In this document: piece by piece, positions 1 through 9,960 of the stretch
Layout: each line of letters opens with the position of its first letter
How positions within the stretch are numbered: the stretch's first letter is position 1
Origin: Candidatus Altiarchaeota archaeon
GTDB taxonomy: Archaea > SpSt-1190
Direction of reading: 5' to 3'
Assembly: GCA_018220935.1 (NCBI GenBank)
Contig: JAAOXU010000015.1
Coordinates: 2,255-66,254 of the forward strand
DNA: 64,000 bases
Notes under the pieces: generated by a model
Seen by the model: the letters and a program-made list of their open reading frames with translations, nothing else
Databases searched by the model: none
What the model was told of the DNA's origin: nothing
Position numbers and translations under genes: made by a program

Positions 1-1061
1 GTAAGAGTAAGGGTAATTTTGTTACTGCAAGAGAAGCCTTAAGTGACCTTGGAATTGATACACTTAGGTTCTACATTCTTTGGGAAGCCTCCCCATGGGA
101 CGTTGTGAAATTTAACCCAGAACGAGCAAAAAAAGAAATTGGAAGGATGTTTCACATTTGGAAAAACTTACACTCATATTTGATGAAATTTACAAGTGCT
201 AGCCCAACGAAGGATAAACTACAAAAGGAAGACTTGTGGATATTAAGTAAGTATAATTCTATGGTTGATGGTTTTCTAACGGATGTGAATGATTATAATT
301 TGCATCATGCAACTAGAAAAATATTTACTTTTATTGTTGAGGACTTTAGCCGGGCTTATATGAAACTTGCAAAGGAGCGAGTAAAAAACGGAGACACTAC
401 GCCTTTATGGGTATTAAAAGAAGTTCACAGTGGATTACTAAGACTTGTGGCACCCATCTCACCAATATTTACTGAAACGATGTATGCTGAATTTACTAAA
501 CGATTTGGTGGTGAGAAAAGTATATTTTTAGATAAATATCCAACACCAGATAAATCAAAAATTCACATCAAGCTTGAAACTAATATGGATAAGTTATTCT
601 CAATAGTTGAATCTATTTTGTCTTATAGAGATAAAAAAGGTATTGGACTAAAATATCCTTTACGTTCCATGCAAATTGATGGTTTTGATACTTCAAGTTT
701 TGAATCAATACTTTTGTCTTTAACTAATGTGAAAAAACTTAAAAAATCTAAAGGGGATAAAATTGAAATAAATGATGTTATAATTATAATTGATCCTACT
801 CAAGGCAAAGAAGAAATTCAAGAAGGTCTTATGCGAGAAGTGTCAAGACGTATTGGAAACTTAAGACGAAAGAAGGAATTAGTTCTAAAAGATACGGTAA
901 ATCTAAATTTATGGGGTGATTCTGAACTTCTTGATGCAGTAAAAACACACGAAAAAGAGTTTATTAAGCGTGTTGGGGCTGTATCTCTTACATATGACGA
1001 GGGTGGGGACCTTAAAGAAACTTGGAAAGTTAAAGGTAAAACGCTTAGTGCAGGTATCTAA
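1..1061 (+). CDS. ileS: Isoleucine--tRNA ligase, C-terminal part (5' truncated by window)
   Basis: Frame open from nt 3: KSKGN (end of KMSKS motif), DTLRFY, anticodon-binding helical domain, C-terminal EGLMREVSRRIGNLRRK typical of archaeal/eukaryote-type IleRS. Confidence 0.85.
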   Translation, partial: KSKGNFVTAREALSDLGIDTLRFYILWEASPWDVVKFNPERAKKEIGRMFHIWKNLHSYLMKFTSASPTKDKLQKEDLWILSKYNSMVDGFLTDVNDYNLHHATRKIFTFIVEDFSRAYMKLAKERVKNGDTTPLWVLKEVHSGLLRLVAPISPIFTETMYAEFTKRFGGEKSIFLDKYPTPDKSKIHIKLETNMDKLFSIVESILSYRDKKGIGLKYPLRSMQIDGFDTSSFESILLSLTNVKKLKKSKGDKIEINDVIIIIDPTQGKEEIQEGLMREVSRRIGNLRRKKELVLKDTVNLNLWGDSELLDAVKTHEKEFIKRVGAVSLTYDEGGDLKETWKVKGKTLSAGI

Positions 1062-1093
1062 ATGCTTATAAATTATAAGTATATTATCCATAT

Positions 1094-2095
1094 ATGCTAA
1101 ACAATGTTAATTTTAAGTTTGTGTTTTTCTTCCTCTTAATTATATCTGTCACTACGGCTTTAACATATAAGACTCCAACACAAAAATCCAAAGTGATACT
1201 TAATAATTCACCTTTAGAATTTCGATTAAATGATATTAGTTCGAATATAATTTCAGGTGGACCGCCAAAAGATGGGATTCCTCCAATTGATTCACCAAAA
1301 TACGTGACAATAAGCCAAGCAAATTTTATGGAAAGTGATGATATTGTATTTTTAATTGAAGGTGACAATCCAAAAATTTATCCTCAAAAAATTTTAGTCT
1401 GGCATGAGATTGTAAATGAAAATTTTGATGGTGTTGATGTATCAATTACTTATTGTCCTTTGACTGGTTCAGCTATAGGTTATCTTGGTGATTTTGGAAC
1501 TTCTGGAAAATTAGTTAATAGTAATCTTATTATGTATGATAGACAAACTGACAGCTACTGGCCACAAATATTGGGTCAGGCAATTAATGGTGAAAAGAAG
1601 GGTGATCTCTTAACAATATATCCAGTCATTTGGACTACTTGGGAAAAAGCCATATTAAAGTATCCAATTGCCGACGTACTGTCTACTGATACTGGTGCAA
1701 TTAGAGATTATACTAGCGATCCATATGGTTCATATCAAGAAGAGGGAAATTATTATGATGTGGGTGAACCATTTTTTCCAACTATGAATAAAGACCTGCG
1801 GCTCCCGCCAAAAACGGTTGTAACTGGTGTTTTTGTAGGAAATAAAACTTTAGCCATCCCAAAACACCTACTAAAAGAACAAAAATTAGTAAATTTTGAA
1901 TTTAATAACGTGCCTTTAGTTTTCTTTTTTGATGCAGAGTTAGGTGCCTTAAGAGTGTATGAGCGGTCAAGTGAAGAAAAAATAACAATAGGTGAACTAA
2001 CTAGTGACTTAAAATGGGTGCCTTCATATGACGTTATGTGGTTTGGTTGGTCAAGCTTTTTCCCTGAGACTTTAGTATATGGTGAGACAAATTGA
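1094..2095 (+). CDS. DUF3179 domain-containing exported protein
   Basis: N-terminal hydrophobic signal; SGGPPKDGIPPID, WHEIVN, TYCPLTGS, GTSGKLVNSNLIMYDRQT and FGW motifs of DUF3179. Confidence 0.85.
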   Translation: MLNNVNFKFVFFFLLIISVTTALTYKTPTQKSKVILNNSPLEFRLNDISSNIISGGPPKDGIPPIDSPKYVTISQANFMESDDIVFLIEGDNPKIYPQKILVWHEIVNENFDGVDVSITYCPLTGSAIGYLGDFGTSGKLVNSNLIMYDRQTDSYWPQILGQAINGEKKGDLLTIYPVIWTTWEKAILKYPIADVLSTDTGAIRDYTSDPYGSYQEEGNYYDVGEPFFPTMNKDLRLPPKTVVTGVFVGNKTLAIPKHLLKEQKLVNFEFNNVPLVFFFDAELGALRVYERSSEEKITIGELTSDLKWVPSYDVMWFGWSSFFPETLVYGETN

Positions 2096-2649
2096 AAATC
2101 CTAAAAATACTTCAGTATAAAAAACCCTTTAGTATTGCCTTATTTTTTTCTGTAATCTACTTTTTCTTTTATCTTTATACTGTGGGGTTTCTTGTAATGG
2201 GGGATACTGAGACTAAATTACTTGACAATTGGGGTGATTTATTGTTTAAACAAAGGGTGCCATTTGTATGGGAACCAATTGGGACTTTTAGTCTTAAAAT
2301 ATTTAGTTTATTTTTTGCACCCTTAAATCTAATTTTAGCTCTTCTTCTTTCTTTTCTAATATTCTTAAACGTTGCAATTGTAGTTTACAGCTACTACCTT
2401 CCAAAAGTCTGTCGGGTTGGACACGCTGGACTATTTGGATTGCTTCCTAGTTTTTTAACTGGGTTTGCATGTTGTGTTCCAACCGTTCTAATTGCAATAG
2501 GACCTGTACTTCCTAGTCTTACTGTATTTTTTATCCAATTAAGGCCTTTCTTACTCCCTTCTAGCTTGATTCTATTGATGTTTAACATCCCTTGGAGTTT
2601 AAGTAGAATTTCAAATGAACATTTAAAACAGACCCAAAACACTTTTTAG
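2092..2649 (+). CDS. Multi-pass membrane protein with GFACC motif
   Basis: About 4 hydrophobic segments with vicinal Cys-Cys; TTG start preceded by GGTGAG, overlapping the DUF3179 stop codon. Confidence 0.7.
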   Translation: MKILKILQYKKPFSIALFFSVIYFFFYLYTVGFLVMGDTETKLLDNWGDLLFKQRVPFVWEPIGTFSLKIFSLFFAPLNLILALLLSFLIFLNVAIVVYSYYLPKVCRVGHAGLFGLLPSFLTGFACCVPTVLIAIGPVLPSLTVFFIQLRPFLLPSSLILLMFNIPWSLSRISNEHLKQTQNTF

Positions 2650-2668
2650 CTATTAAGTACTTATCTTG

Positions 2669-2724
2669 TTGTGATGAAGTGAACACCCTCTGACGCAAGA
2701 GTGATGAGTACCTGTTTGCTGATA
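2669..2724 (+). ncRNA. C/D box guide sRNA (2'-O-methylation)
   Basis: Intergenic; C box GTGATGA 2671-2677, 12-nt guide, D' CTGA 2690-2693, C' GTGATGA 2701-2707, 11-nt guide, D CTGA 2719-2722. Nop5 and fibrillarin are encoded in the window. Confidence 0.9.
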
Positions 2725-2747
2725 TTTTGGTCAAGCTTTTTTAAAGC

Positions 2748-2999
2748 TTGATTCATACAGCTTTAATACTGGTTTTACCTAGTATTTTTATGATGTATGA
2801 GGTTAAAGACTTTCTAAAACAGAAACTACTCCCCACCACAGCTATTGCAGCTTTTGGTGTATTATACTTATTACTTGGAATTTTTGCAATAGACTATCTT
2901 GTTGGTTTTCTTGAACTAGAAATCGAAACTAAGTGGGTGGTATTAAGCAGTGCAATAGTGTCTGCAGCAAGTTTACTCACCTTAAGACAAAATTACTAA
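2748..2999 (+). CDS. Small membrane protein (start uncertain)
   Basis: Hydrophobic ORF filling the gap between sRNA and argS; real start may be downstream (ATG 2790). Confidence 0.5.
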   Translation: MIHTALILVLPSIFMMYEVKDFLKQKLLPTTAIAAFGVLYLLLGIFAIDYLVGFLELEIETKWVVLSSAIVSAASLLTLRQNY

Positions 3000-3008
3000 A
3001 GTAAGCTT

Positions 3009-4592
3009 TCACATTTGATTCGGAACTTCAATACCAAGTAAAAATAGGCCGTTTTCTAGTGCTTCGTATACTTTGCTAGTTATCCACTCATGACTCTCGT
3101 TACCGCTAATTTTCTCTTTAGTATAAAATTCATTAAAGAGCTGTGATAATTCCATTAAGTAATTAGCAAGAATATCTGGTCTTAAATTCTTTTTAGCATT
3201 AATTACTGCTAATCTTAATGCTACAATTTTTCTTGCTAACTTCGTATTTTCTGGTAAAATCTTGATTTTTCCCTTGCCAAATTTTTCACCAATTCTTTTA
3301 GCTCTTACTGCAGCGTATTGAACATATGGTCCGGTTTCTCCATCAAACTTTAGCATTTTCCAATCAAACAATACATCCCTATTTCTATTCGTCTTTAGAT
3401 CTGCAAATTTCACGGCACCAATACCAATTTTTTCCACATCACTTTTATTATCGACGCCACGCTCTTTCATTATGACTTTTACTTTATTCATAGCCTCAGC
3501 TAGTACATCTTCTAAGAATACTACTCTTCCGCGTCTTGTACTCATCTTGCCTTCGGGGAGTCTCATCATGCCAAATCCAACGTGCTCCATTTTGGCACTA
3601 ACTTTTAGTTTTTTTAATACGTAAAGTAATTGTTCAAAATGAAGTTTCTGTTCATTTCCAACTACGTAAACCATTACTTCGGGTTTGTAGGCCTTAAATC
3701 TCTCAATTCCGGCCACTAAATCCCGTGTAGAATAAATTGTGGTACCATCACTTTTTCGTAAAATTAAAGGTGGTTTATTTGGAACTGGTATTATCACTGC
3801 ACCTTCACTCATCTCGGCTATACCTTCCTTTAGGAGTTCATCTGCAATCTTTTGACCCTTGTTAAAAAACTTACTCTCACTATAATCTTCTAATTTACTG
3901 GTTTTGAGTACCGCATACATTTTTTCAAATTCTTTTAGGCTTAAATTTCTAAAGATTTCCCACGTCTTTCTGATTTTTTTATCTCCTTCTTCTAATTTCT
4001 TAAACATGATTTTGGCTTCATCATTTAATTTTGGATTTTTTTCTGCTTCCTCATGAAACTTAACATAAAGACTTAGTAATTCTTTTATTGGATCTTTTGA
4101 AATATCTGTTGGCCACATCTCATACGCGACTAAAAGTTTACCAAATTGAGTTCCCCAATCTCCAATAAAATTAAGTCCAATAGTTTTCCAACCCAAAAAA
4201 TCAAAGATACGTCTAATACTCTCCCCTATGACAGTACTTCTTAAGTGTCCAACTGAAAATGGCTTTGCAATATTTGGTGCTGAGTATTCAACTACTGCGG
4301 TTTTGTTTTGTTTCTCAAACTTAGTTAGGTTGGTTAAATTGAATAAAAGTGCATCGTCATCCAAAAAGAAATTGATAAATCCACCGGTTGGTTTGGCGTT
4401 TAGTCCCTTTACTTTTATTTGCTCTGCTAAGCTAATTGCTAACTTGTCTGGTCTCTCCCCCTTTGCTTTTGCAATCTTTAGGGGAAGTGAAGTTGAAAAA
4501 TCTCCAAAATTCTTGAATTCTGCAAATTCAGTTTTATCACTAAATTGACTCAAATTTTTCATTGTTTTATCCACTAAGTTCTCAATGAACAC
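3009..4592 (-). CDS. argS: Arginine--tRNA ligase
   Basis: VEYSAPNIAKPFSVGHLRS (HIGH region), GDWGTQFG, KMSTRRG, GETGPYVQYA. Confidence 0.97.
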   Translation of the reverse strand: MFIENLVDKTMKNLSQFSDKTEFAEFKNFGDFSTSLPLKIAKAKGERPDKLAISLAEQIKVKGLNAKPTGGFINFFLDDDALLFNLTNLTKFEKQNKTAVVEYSAPNIAKPFSVGHLRSTVIGESIRRIFDFLGWKTIGLNFIGDWGTQFGKLLVAYEMWPTDISKDPIKELLSLYVKFHEEAEKNPKLNDEAKIMFKKLEEGDKKIRKTWEIFRNLSLKEFEKMYAVLKTSKLEDYSESKFFNKGQKIADELLKEGIAEMSEGAVIIPVPNKPPLILRKSDGTTIYSTRDLVAGIERFKAYKPEVMVYVVGNEQKLHFEQLLYVLKKLKVSAKMEHVGFGMMRLPEGKMSTRRGRVVFLEDVLAEAMNKVKVIMKERGVDNKSDVEKIGIGAVKFADLKTNRNRDVLFDWKMLKFDGETGPYVQYAAVRAKRIGEKFGKGKIKILPENTKLARKIVALRLAVINAKKNLRPDILANYLMELSQLFNEFYTKEKISGNESHEWITSKVYEALENGLFLLGIEVPNQM

Positions 4593-4640
4593 ATACTACC
4601 AATACAGAAGACATTTTAATCTTCTTGCTTTTTGAAATTT

Positions 4641-5024
4641 ATGAGAAAATTAGCGGCAGATGTAATAATAGTAAAACACGGTAAAATTCTTTTAATTAAA
4701 CGGGCAGATGAGCCGTTTAAAGGTGAATGGGGACTCCCTGGTGGACATATTGATGAAGGGGAGACAATTGAAGATGCCGCGTTGCGAGAAGCTAGGGAAG
4801 AAACGGGGCTAAATGTTAAATTGGAAAGTTTTGTAGGCATATTTTCTGATCCAAAACGAGATCCAAGGGGAACTATTAGTGTTACTTATTCAGCTACAGT
4901 TATAGATGGAGAATTAACAGAAAATTCTGAAGTAGAAGACATAAAGTGGTTTGAGATTACCAAATTACCTCCACTTTTTTCAGATCACAAAAAAATAGTT
5001 CAAACTTATTTTGGGTATGATTAA
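4641..5024 (+). CDS. NUDIX hydrolase
   Basis: Nudix box GGHIDEGETIEDAALREAREETGL and RDPR motif; start moved to ATG 4641 (21 nt after TATA-like TTTTAA). Confidence 0.93.
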   Translation: MRKLAADVIIVKHGKILLIKRADEPFKGEWGLPGGHIDEGETIEDAALREAREETGLNVKLESFVGIFSDPKRDPRGTISVTYSATVIDGELTENSEVEDIKWFEITKLPPLFSDHKKIVQTYFGYD

Positions 5025-5068
5025 ACTCATGTTCGATAGCCATATTTACTAAGAAAACTCCTCTTTTT

Positions 5069-7039
5069 GTGTCATTGATATTCGGTGCGAGTCCAAGTTT
5101 GATCAAAAAATTTGGTACAAAAAAAGCTATGTATTTAGGCAGGACTGAAACTGATAATCAAGACTTCTTTGTTGATTCAATTAAACCACACGTAATTTTT
5201 ATTTGTGGTGCTAGAGGTTCTGGTAAAAGTTATACGATGGGTATAATTGTGGAGGAGCTTGCTCACAAAAATGATGCATTGGCAAGTATTGTTATTGACC
5301 CCATTGGTGTTTTCTGGAGTATGAAACACGAGAATAAAGTTGAGAAAGAATTGGAACTTCTTGAATCCTGGGGACTAAAATCGCGTGGTTTTGATAATAT
5401 TAAGGTATTAGTTCCAATTGGTGCTAAAAAATTACCAACTAAAACCTTTGATGGATACCTTTCAATTCATCCAAGTGAATTGTCTGCAACTGATTGGGCA
5501 TTTTCATTTGATTTAGATCGATTCTCTCCTGCTGGACTTTTAATTGATAATGCCATACAAAAAGCAGGTGAAAATTACACTATTGATGACTTGGTTCGTG
5601 TGGTCTCATCTGACCCTGATCTTCAGAGTAAAGAGCGGGGTTTCTCAAAACAAACTAGGCGTGGTATAATATCAAGACTTGAGAGTGCAAAATACTGGGG
5701 TATTTTTAGTGATAAAGCAACACCTCTAGAGAAAATAGCAGTTCCTGGGAGTGTTTCTGTAATTGATGTTTCATTTTTAGAAGAGCCTGTAGCTGCTTTA
5801 ATTGTTGGAATAATTGCTAGAAAAACACTTGAAAGAAGAAAGCTAGAAAGTAGAAAAGAGGCATTAGGGGAACCTACTACTTTTCCGCCTGTGTGGCTTT
5901 TTATTGATGAAGCACACGTTATGATACCAAAGGATAGAAAAACTGCTGCAAGTGACAGTATAATTGAGTATGTAAAACAGGGTAGAAAACCTGGTTGTTC
6001 AATTGTTCTTGCAACCCAACAACCAAGTGCAATTAATAGTAATGTATTAAGCCAGCTTGATTTGATGTTCGTACACCAGCTTGTTTTTGCTGATGATATT
6101 AAGGCTGTGAGTAAAAGAATACCAGCTGCTATGCCAAAAGAGTGGGACGTTAACTTTATCAGAAAATTAAAGACGGGTCAAGCTGTTGTGGGGGATAGAG
6201 AGACAACTCAAACTACTCTTATGACTTCAAGAATTAGAATGAGTCAACATGAGGGTAGAAGTAAATTGGCAGTTGATAAACCGCAAGTAGTGTTACAAAT
6301 TGATGATCCAACTCCTGAAGAAATTGGTGAAATGACCCCTGGTGAAGAAACACCTACTAAAAAAACGGAAGTCATAGAAGAAAAAGCAGGGGGGCGAAAG
6401 ATACCTTCAGTTAAACCAATTATGGAACTAGAAGACGCGGAAAAATTGGCAAGAAAACACCTCAAGAAACTTTTGTTTATTGAAACTGAAAAATTTGATG
6501 TTAAAATGAAAATTCACTGGCCGTTTTGGGTGGTGCGTGGTGTTGGGTTGGATGGTGAAGTAGAATTCTTGTTTGACGGAATTTTGGGTGAGATCCAAGG
6601 TTCAAAGGGTCTTCAAAGGATGTTAGATCTTAATCCATTATCTGCTAGGATTGTCTCAAAGGGTGGTACTTTAGATGAGATTTCAAAGCGTTGTGAAGCA
6701 GATCCTAAGATGGTTAAACTTCAATTGAACCGACTAACTAATTTGGGCCTCATCAGGGTTAAAGGAAAAAAGGAGAAAAAATATACACCTCGTCTCGAAT
6801 TTCCAGAAAAATTACCTGAATTTGATGGTGCTATACGTGATGTGACTCCCGAAGGTAGGATAATGAAGCCCGTTTTTATTCCTGATAAAAAACTATTCAA
6901 AATATTGGGGGTAAAACCAACTGAAAAGACCTTGATTTACATGCCTTATGCTCTATTTAGAACTGATTCTAAAAAACAGATTTGGGTTAATTTATCTACA
7001 CGAAAATTTGAGAAGCGAAAACTTAGATTGAAAATTTGA
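5069..7039 (+). CDS. HerA/FtsK-family (DUF87) ATPase with C-terminal extension incl. winged-helix-like segment
   Basis: Walker A GARGSGKS, VIDPIG, Walker B LFIDEAH, arginine finger GRKPG, LATQQP. Confidence 0.85.
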   Translation: MSLIFGASPSLIKKFGTKKAMYLGRTETDNQDFFVDSIKPHVIFICGARGSGKSYTMGIIVEELAHKNDALASIVIDPIGVFWSMKHENKVEKELELLESWGLKSRGFDNIKVLVPIGAKKLPTKTFDGYLSIHPSELSATDWAFSFDLDRFSPAGLLIDNAIQKAGENYTIDDLVRVVSSDPDLQSKERGFSKQTRRGIISRLESAKYWGIFSDKATPLEKIAVPGSVSVIDVSFLEEPVAALIVGIIARKTLERRKLESRKEALGEPTTFPPVWLFIDEAHVMIPKDRKTAASDSIIEYVKQGRKPGCSIVLATQQPSAINSNVLSQLDLMFVHQLVFADDIKAVSKRIPAAMPKEWDVNFIRKLKTGQAVVGDRETTQTTLMTSRIRMSQHEGRSKLAVDKPQVVLQIDDPTPEEIGEMTPGEETPTKKTEVIEEKAGGRKIPSVKPIMELEDAEKLARKHLKKLLFIETEKFDVKMKIHWPFWVVRGVGLDGEVEFLFDGILGEIQGSKGLQRMLDLNPLSARIVSKGGTLDEISKRCEADPKMVKLQLNRLTNLGLIRVKGKKEKKYTPRLEFPEKLPEFDGAIRDVTPEGRIMKPVFIPDKKLFKILGVKPTEKTLIYMPYALFRTDSKKQIWVNLSTRKFEKRKLRLKI

Positions 7040-7877
7040 TCTGTTCAACTTTAACTGTTTTTTTCTTAACAACTTTTAGCATAATAAACATTCTCAATAA
7101 TAAACTTGCAACTATTCCAGACATACTAGATAGTGGTCCTGCTAAAAATTGAAATACTGAAAACATTACAAATGCCATTAAGACCTTAAACGTGCCCTGA
7201 TATGGCTGTATTAAACTTTCAATTTGTACGTTTAGTGCGTCAGTTAATACGTCTCTTATTACTTTAGTTCTACTAAATCCAATAAACTGGCTTGATAGTT
7301 GTGTAAACAGACTCTCTTCAAGTTGAGGTCTTTGATCATTTAGTAAAGTAATACAAGCATTATTTCCTCTACATTGTCCATCAATAGTTTCACTAACTAA
7401 AGCATCAAGACATTCTTGACCTGTGTAACTAGGGTCACACCCAATAGCAGGGACAAGAAGCTCAACTGCAAAGCCAGCTACAGTATCTGGTATTTTAAAT
7501 TCAATTTGAGAATAAATTGCCCCCACTGAAACTAAAATGAAAATTAAGTATCCTGCGTAAGCTGCTTTTGATACTGCGCGCATCTTTGGAATGATCATAT
7601 TAGTTGTAGCCGTCTTAGCATTGGCCTTTCCAAAAAACGCAAACAAAAAGATGCCTGCTGCTCGTATATCAAAGAGTCCTAAAGCAACTAAAGGTGCTAA
7701 ATAATATGATTTTAGATTAACCAGGCCTGCAATTTGAATCAATGCACCAAAAAAAACTAAGGCTATAAATCCGAGAATAATACCTAAATTAAAACCCACT
7801 GCCACTGGGTTAAAAGTCATAAGAAAAAAACCGGCCACAAAAAGCAAGCCTGCTAATATTTCTTTACCATAATCCAC
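7023..7877 (-). CDS. Hypothetical membrane protein with 4-Cys soluble loop
   Basis: Several TM segments flanking a loop GCDPSYTGQEC...QCRGNNAC. Confidence 0.7.
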   Translation of the reverse strand: MDYGKEILAGLLFVAGFFLMTFNPVAVGFNLGIILGFIALVFFGALIQIAGLVNLKSYYLAPLVALGLFDIRAAGIFLFAFFGKANAKTATTNMIIPKMRAVSKAAYAGYLIFILVSVGAIYSQIEFKIPDTVAGFAVELLVPAIGCDPSYTGQECLDALVSETIDGQCRGNNACITLLNDQRPQLEESLFTQLSSQFIGFSRTKVIRDVLTDALNVQIESLIQPYQGTFKVLMAFVMFSVFQFLAGPLSSMSGIVASLLLRMFIMLKVVKKKTVKVEQIKFSI

Positions 7878-7907
7878 AAAATAATCCGTTTAGAATCTAT
7901 TTATGGT

Positions 7908-9263
7908 TTACAGAAATTCAATATCGGATTTTTTAGTTATGCCTAAAACTTCAGGTACAGTTCGATTCATTTGAATTCCTGATTCACCAAGAGCTTTAAT
8001 TTTTTGGATAATTTTAATTCCGACATCTTCCCCATATAGCTTCTTACCGTGACTCATTCTGTCTAGTAGGTCATCTCTTGCCAATACATGTCTTGTCAAG
8101 TCTTCAATTAGACCTTTGTGAGGTGGTACTAGTAAATTGCTTTTAGCTTCATATACAGTCTCAGGCCTATCTGTATTGTATCTAACTGTTAGTGCCGGGA
8201 GTCCAAGTTGGTTTAGTTCTTCTTGAAGGCTCCCTGAATCAGTTAAAACTGCAGAACAATTCCCTGATCTGAAAAATTCCATAACGTGTGAATAACTCTT
8301 CCACAGAGGGGTAAATAAGAAATTATCAAATTCTTTACTCATATTAATTATTTTATCACGTAAATTATATTTTTTGAGTGCAAACTTAGTTCCAGGCAAT
8401 TCAACCCAAGCAATTGGTTGTCCTTCTTTTACGAGGCTCTGTACCCCTGAAAACACGGCTTTAAATCTGTCTTCACTCAAATTTGCACGTCTATGGATGT
8501 CAACTCTTAACCAATTATCATAGTCTTCTAATTTTGGATATTCTTCAAAAATTGAAACTTCAGGTTTATTTTTTTTAGTATATTCCATCGCATCAACCAC
8601 GCTGTTTCCAACTACGTATATTCTATCATCCGGAGTTCCTTCCCTAATTAGGTGATCTTTATTGAGTTGAAGTGCTGCAAAGTGAATCTCACTACTAGCA
8701 CCTGCAACAAAAGTGTCCCATTGTTCTGGGAATGGTTCTTGTCGTGAAATACTCCATTTACCGTCCCACTGATTATCAATAAAAGTTTCAGGGTCTTTGT
8801 CAAAGACGGGTGTCATGCCCCTTAAACCAGCTTCATTTTGAGCTACTTTTTTACCTGTGGCAAACATCCAACCTATTGGAAAAACTCCTGCAGCTAAAGT
8901 GTCCCCATGAACTACGGGTATAAATTTAGTCTTTGGTGAAAATTCCTTTAACTTTTTGGCAACAAAACCAGTTTTTGCAATAATTTCATAGCCCTTCTCG
9001 AGTAAGTCACCTCTAATATTTAGATCAAATGCAATATATTTTTTGATGTTAAATTCTTCTAGCCCAAATCCAAGTAAATTATCGTGATGTTGACCTGTGT
9101 TAATTACAATTACAGGTACATTCAGTTTATCTGCAGCTGGTAAAAGACTCCATTGTTTGTAAAAATCAGGTTTTGTGGCAGTAACAATGCACACCACAAA
9201 TTCTTCTCCTTTAATTTTATCTAACACATCTGTGTTTGTAGTTATGGTATCCACAAAAAACAC
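7908..9263 (-). CDS. wecB: UDP-N-acetylglucosamine 2-epimerase (non-hydrolysing)
   Basis: ATKPDFYK, NTGQH, VHGDT, EAGLR, PEQ, VGNSVVDA, HRRAN, TDSGSLQEE, TDRPE. Start may be GTG 9254. Confidence 0.9.
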   Translation of the reverse strand: MFFVDTITTNTDVLDKIKGEEFVVCIVTATKPDFYKQWSLLPAADKLNVPVIVINTGQHHDNLLGFGLEEFNIKKYIAFDLNIRGDLLEKGYEIIAKTGFVAKKLKEFSPKTKFIPVVHGDTLAAGVFPIGWMFATGKKVAQNEAGLRGMTPVFDKDPETFIDNQWDGKWSISRQEPFPEQWDTFVAGASSEIHFAALQLNKDHLIREGTPDDRIYVVGNSVVDAMEYTKKNKPEVSIFEEYPKLEDYDNWLRVDIHRRANLSEDRFKAVFSGVQSLVKEGQPIAWVELPGTKFALKKYNLRDKIINMSKEFDNFLFTPLWKSYSHVMEFFRSGNCSAVLTDSGSLQEELNQLGLPALTVRYNTDRPETVYEAKSNLLVPPHKGLIEDLTRHVLARDDLLDRMSHGKKLYGEDVGIKIIQKIKALGESGIQMNRTVPEVLGITKKSDIEFL

Positions 9264-9277
9264 ACTTCTCTGCTTTT

Positions 9278-9610
9278 TTATAACCTACTAATCTCTTCAA
9301 TTATTTCTTTGTAAATTACACCTTGAATGTCATCATCCATTGATATATCACTAATAAAATCCTTCTTTAATTTCTCGAAACTATCATTGAGTTCTCCACC
9401 TATGTTGATATCTTTACCCTTATCTGCTAAACTCATGGCTTTATGCTCAAAGTCACCCTCTATAGCATTCATTTCTGAAAGAAATCTCCTTTTCATTTTA
9501 TTATTAAATGAAAAATCAAATACACCCTTGACATCTAGCCTTTTTCTCTTATCTTTAAAAAAATCATTGACTATTTGTCTTGCATCTAGCCGTTTTTCCA
9601 TGTCTGCCAT
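9278..9610 (-). CDS. Hypothetical protein
   Basis: Charged helical ORF divergent from sepF and co-oriented with wecB. Confidence 0.6.
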   Translation of the reverse strand: MADMEKRLDARQIVNDFFKDKRKRLDVKGVFDFSFNNKMKRRFLSEMNAIEGDFEHKAMSLADKGKDINIGGELNDSFEKLKKDFISDISMDDDIQGVIYKEIIEEISRL

Positions 9611-9651
9611 AGATTACCAAGTATTTTAAACTATTTTACCCTTTTCTTTTA

Positions 9652-9960
9652 ATGATAAAGAAATTCTTCAAAGGCAAGGAAGATGAAATTATTTTTCCTG
9701 ATATGTCTAGGGCGGTACACAAAAAAATTGCCAAAATTTCAATTTTAAAAATAAAAAAGCCTGAAGATATTTCAAAACTACGAGAAAAAATAGGAATTTT
9801 TGATATGCTCCTTGTTGATATAGCGAAGTTATATCCTGGTGAGGAGCGAAAGAGTTTTGTGACAAAACTAAAATTGCTAACACAAAATAATCAAGCTAAA
9901 ATTTATGGCGTTGATACTAACTGGCTTCTTATAACAAAATATGAAGTTCAGAAAAACTAA
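9652..9960 (+). CDS. sepF: Archaeal SepF (FtsZ membrane anchor)
   Basis: Amphipathic N-terminus MIKKFFKG; core ...DISKLREKI..DMLLVDIAKL...KLK...AKIYGVDTNWLLIT resembles archaeal SepF/DUF552. Confidence 0.75.
   Translation: MIKKFFKGKEDEIIFPDMSRAVHKKIAKISILKIKKPEDISKLREKIGIFDMLLVDIAKLYPGEERKSFVTKLKLLTQNNQAKIYGVDTNWLLITKYEVQKN

Noticed and set aside
1094..2095. Selenocysteine in the DUF3179 protein or a SECIS in the 28206-28295 hairpins
   Set aside because: The candidate position is Cys (TGT); the terminal TGA overlaps the next start; no in-frame TGA-interrupted genes seen.
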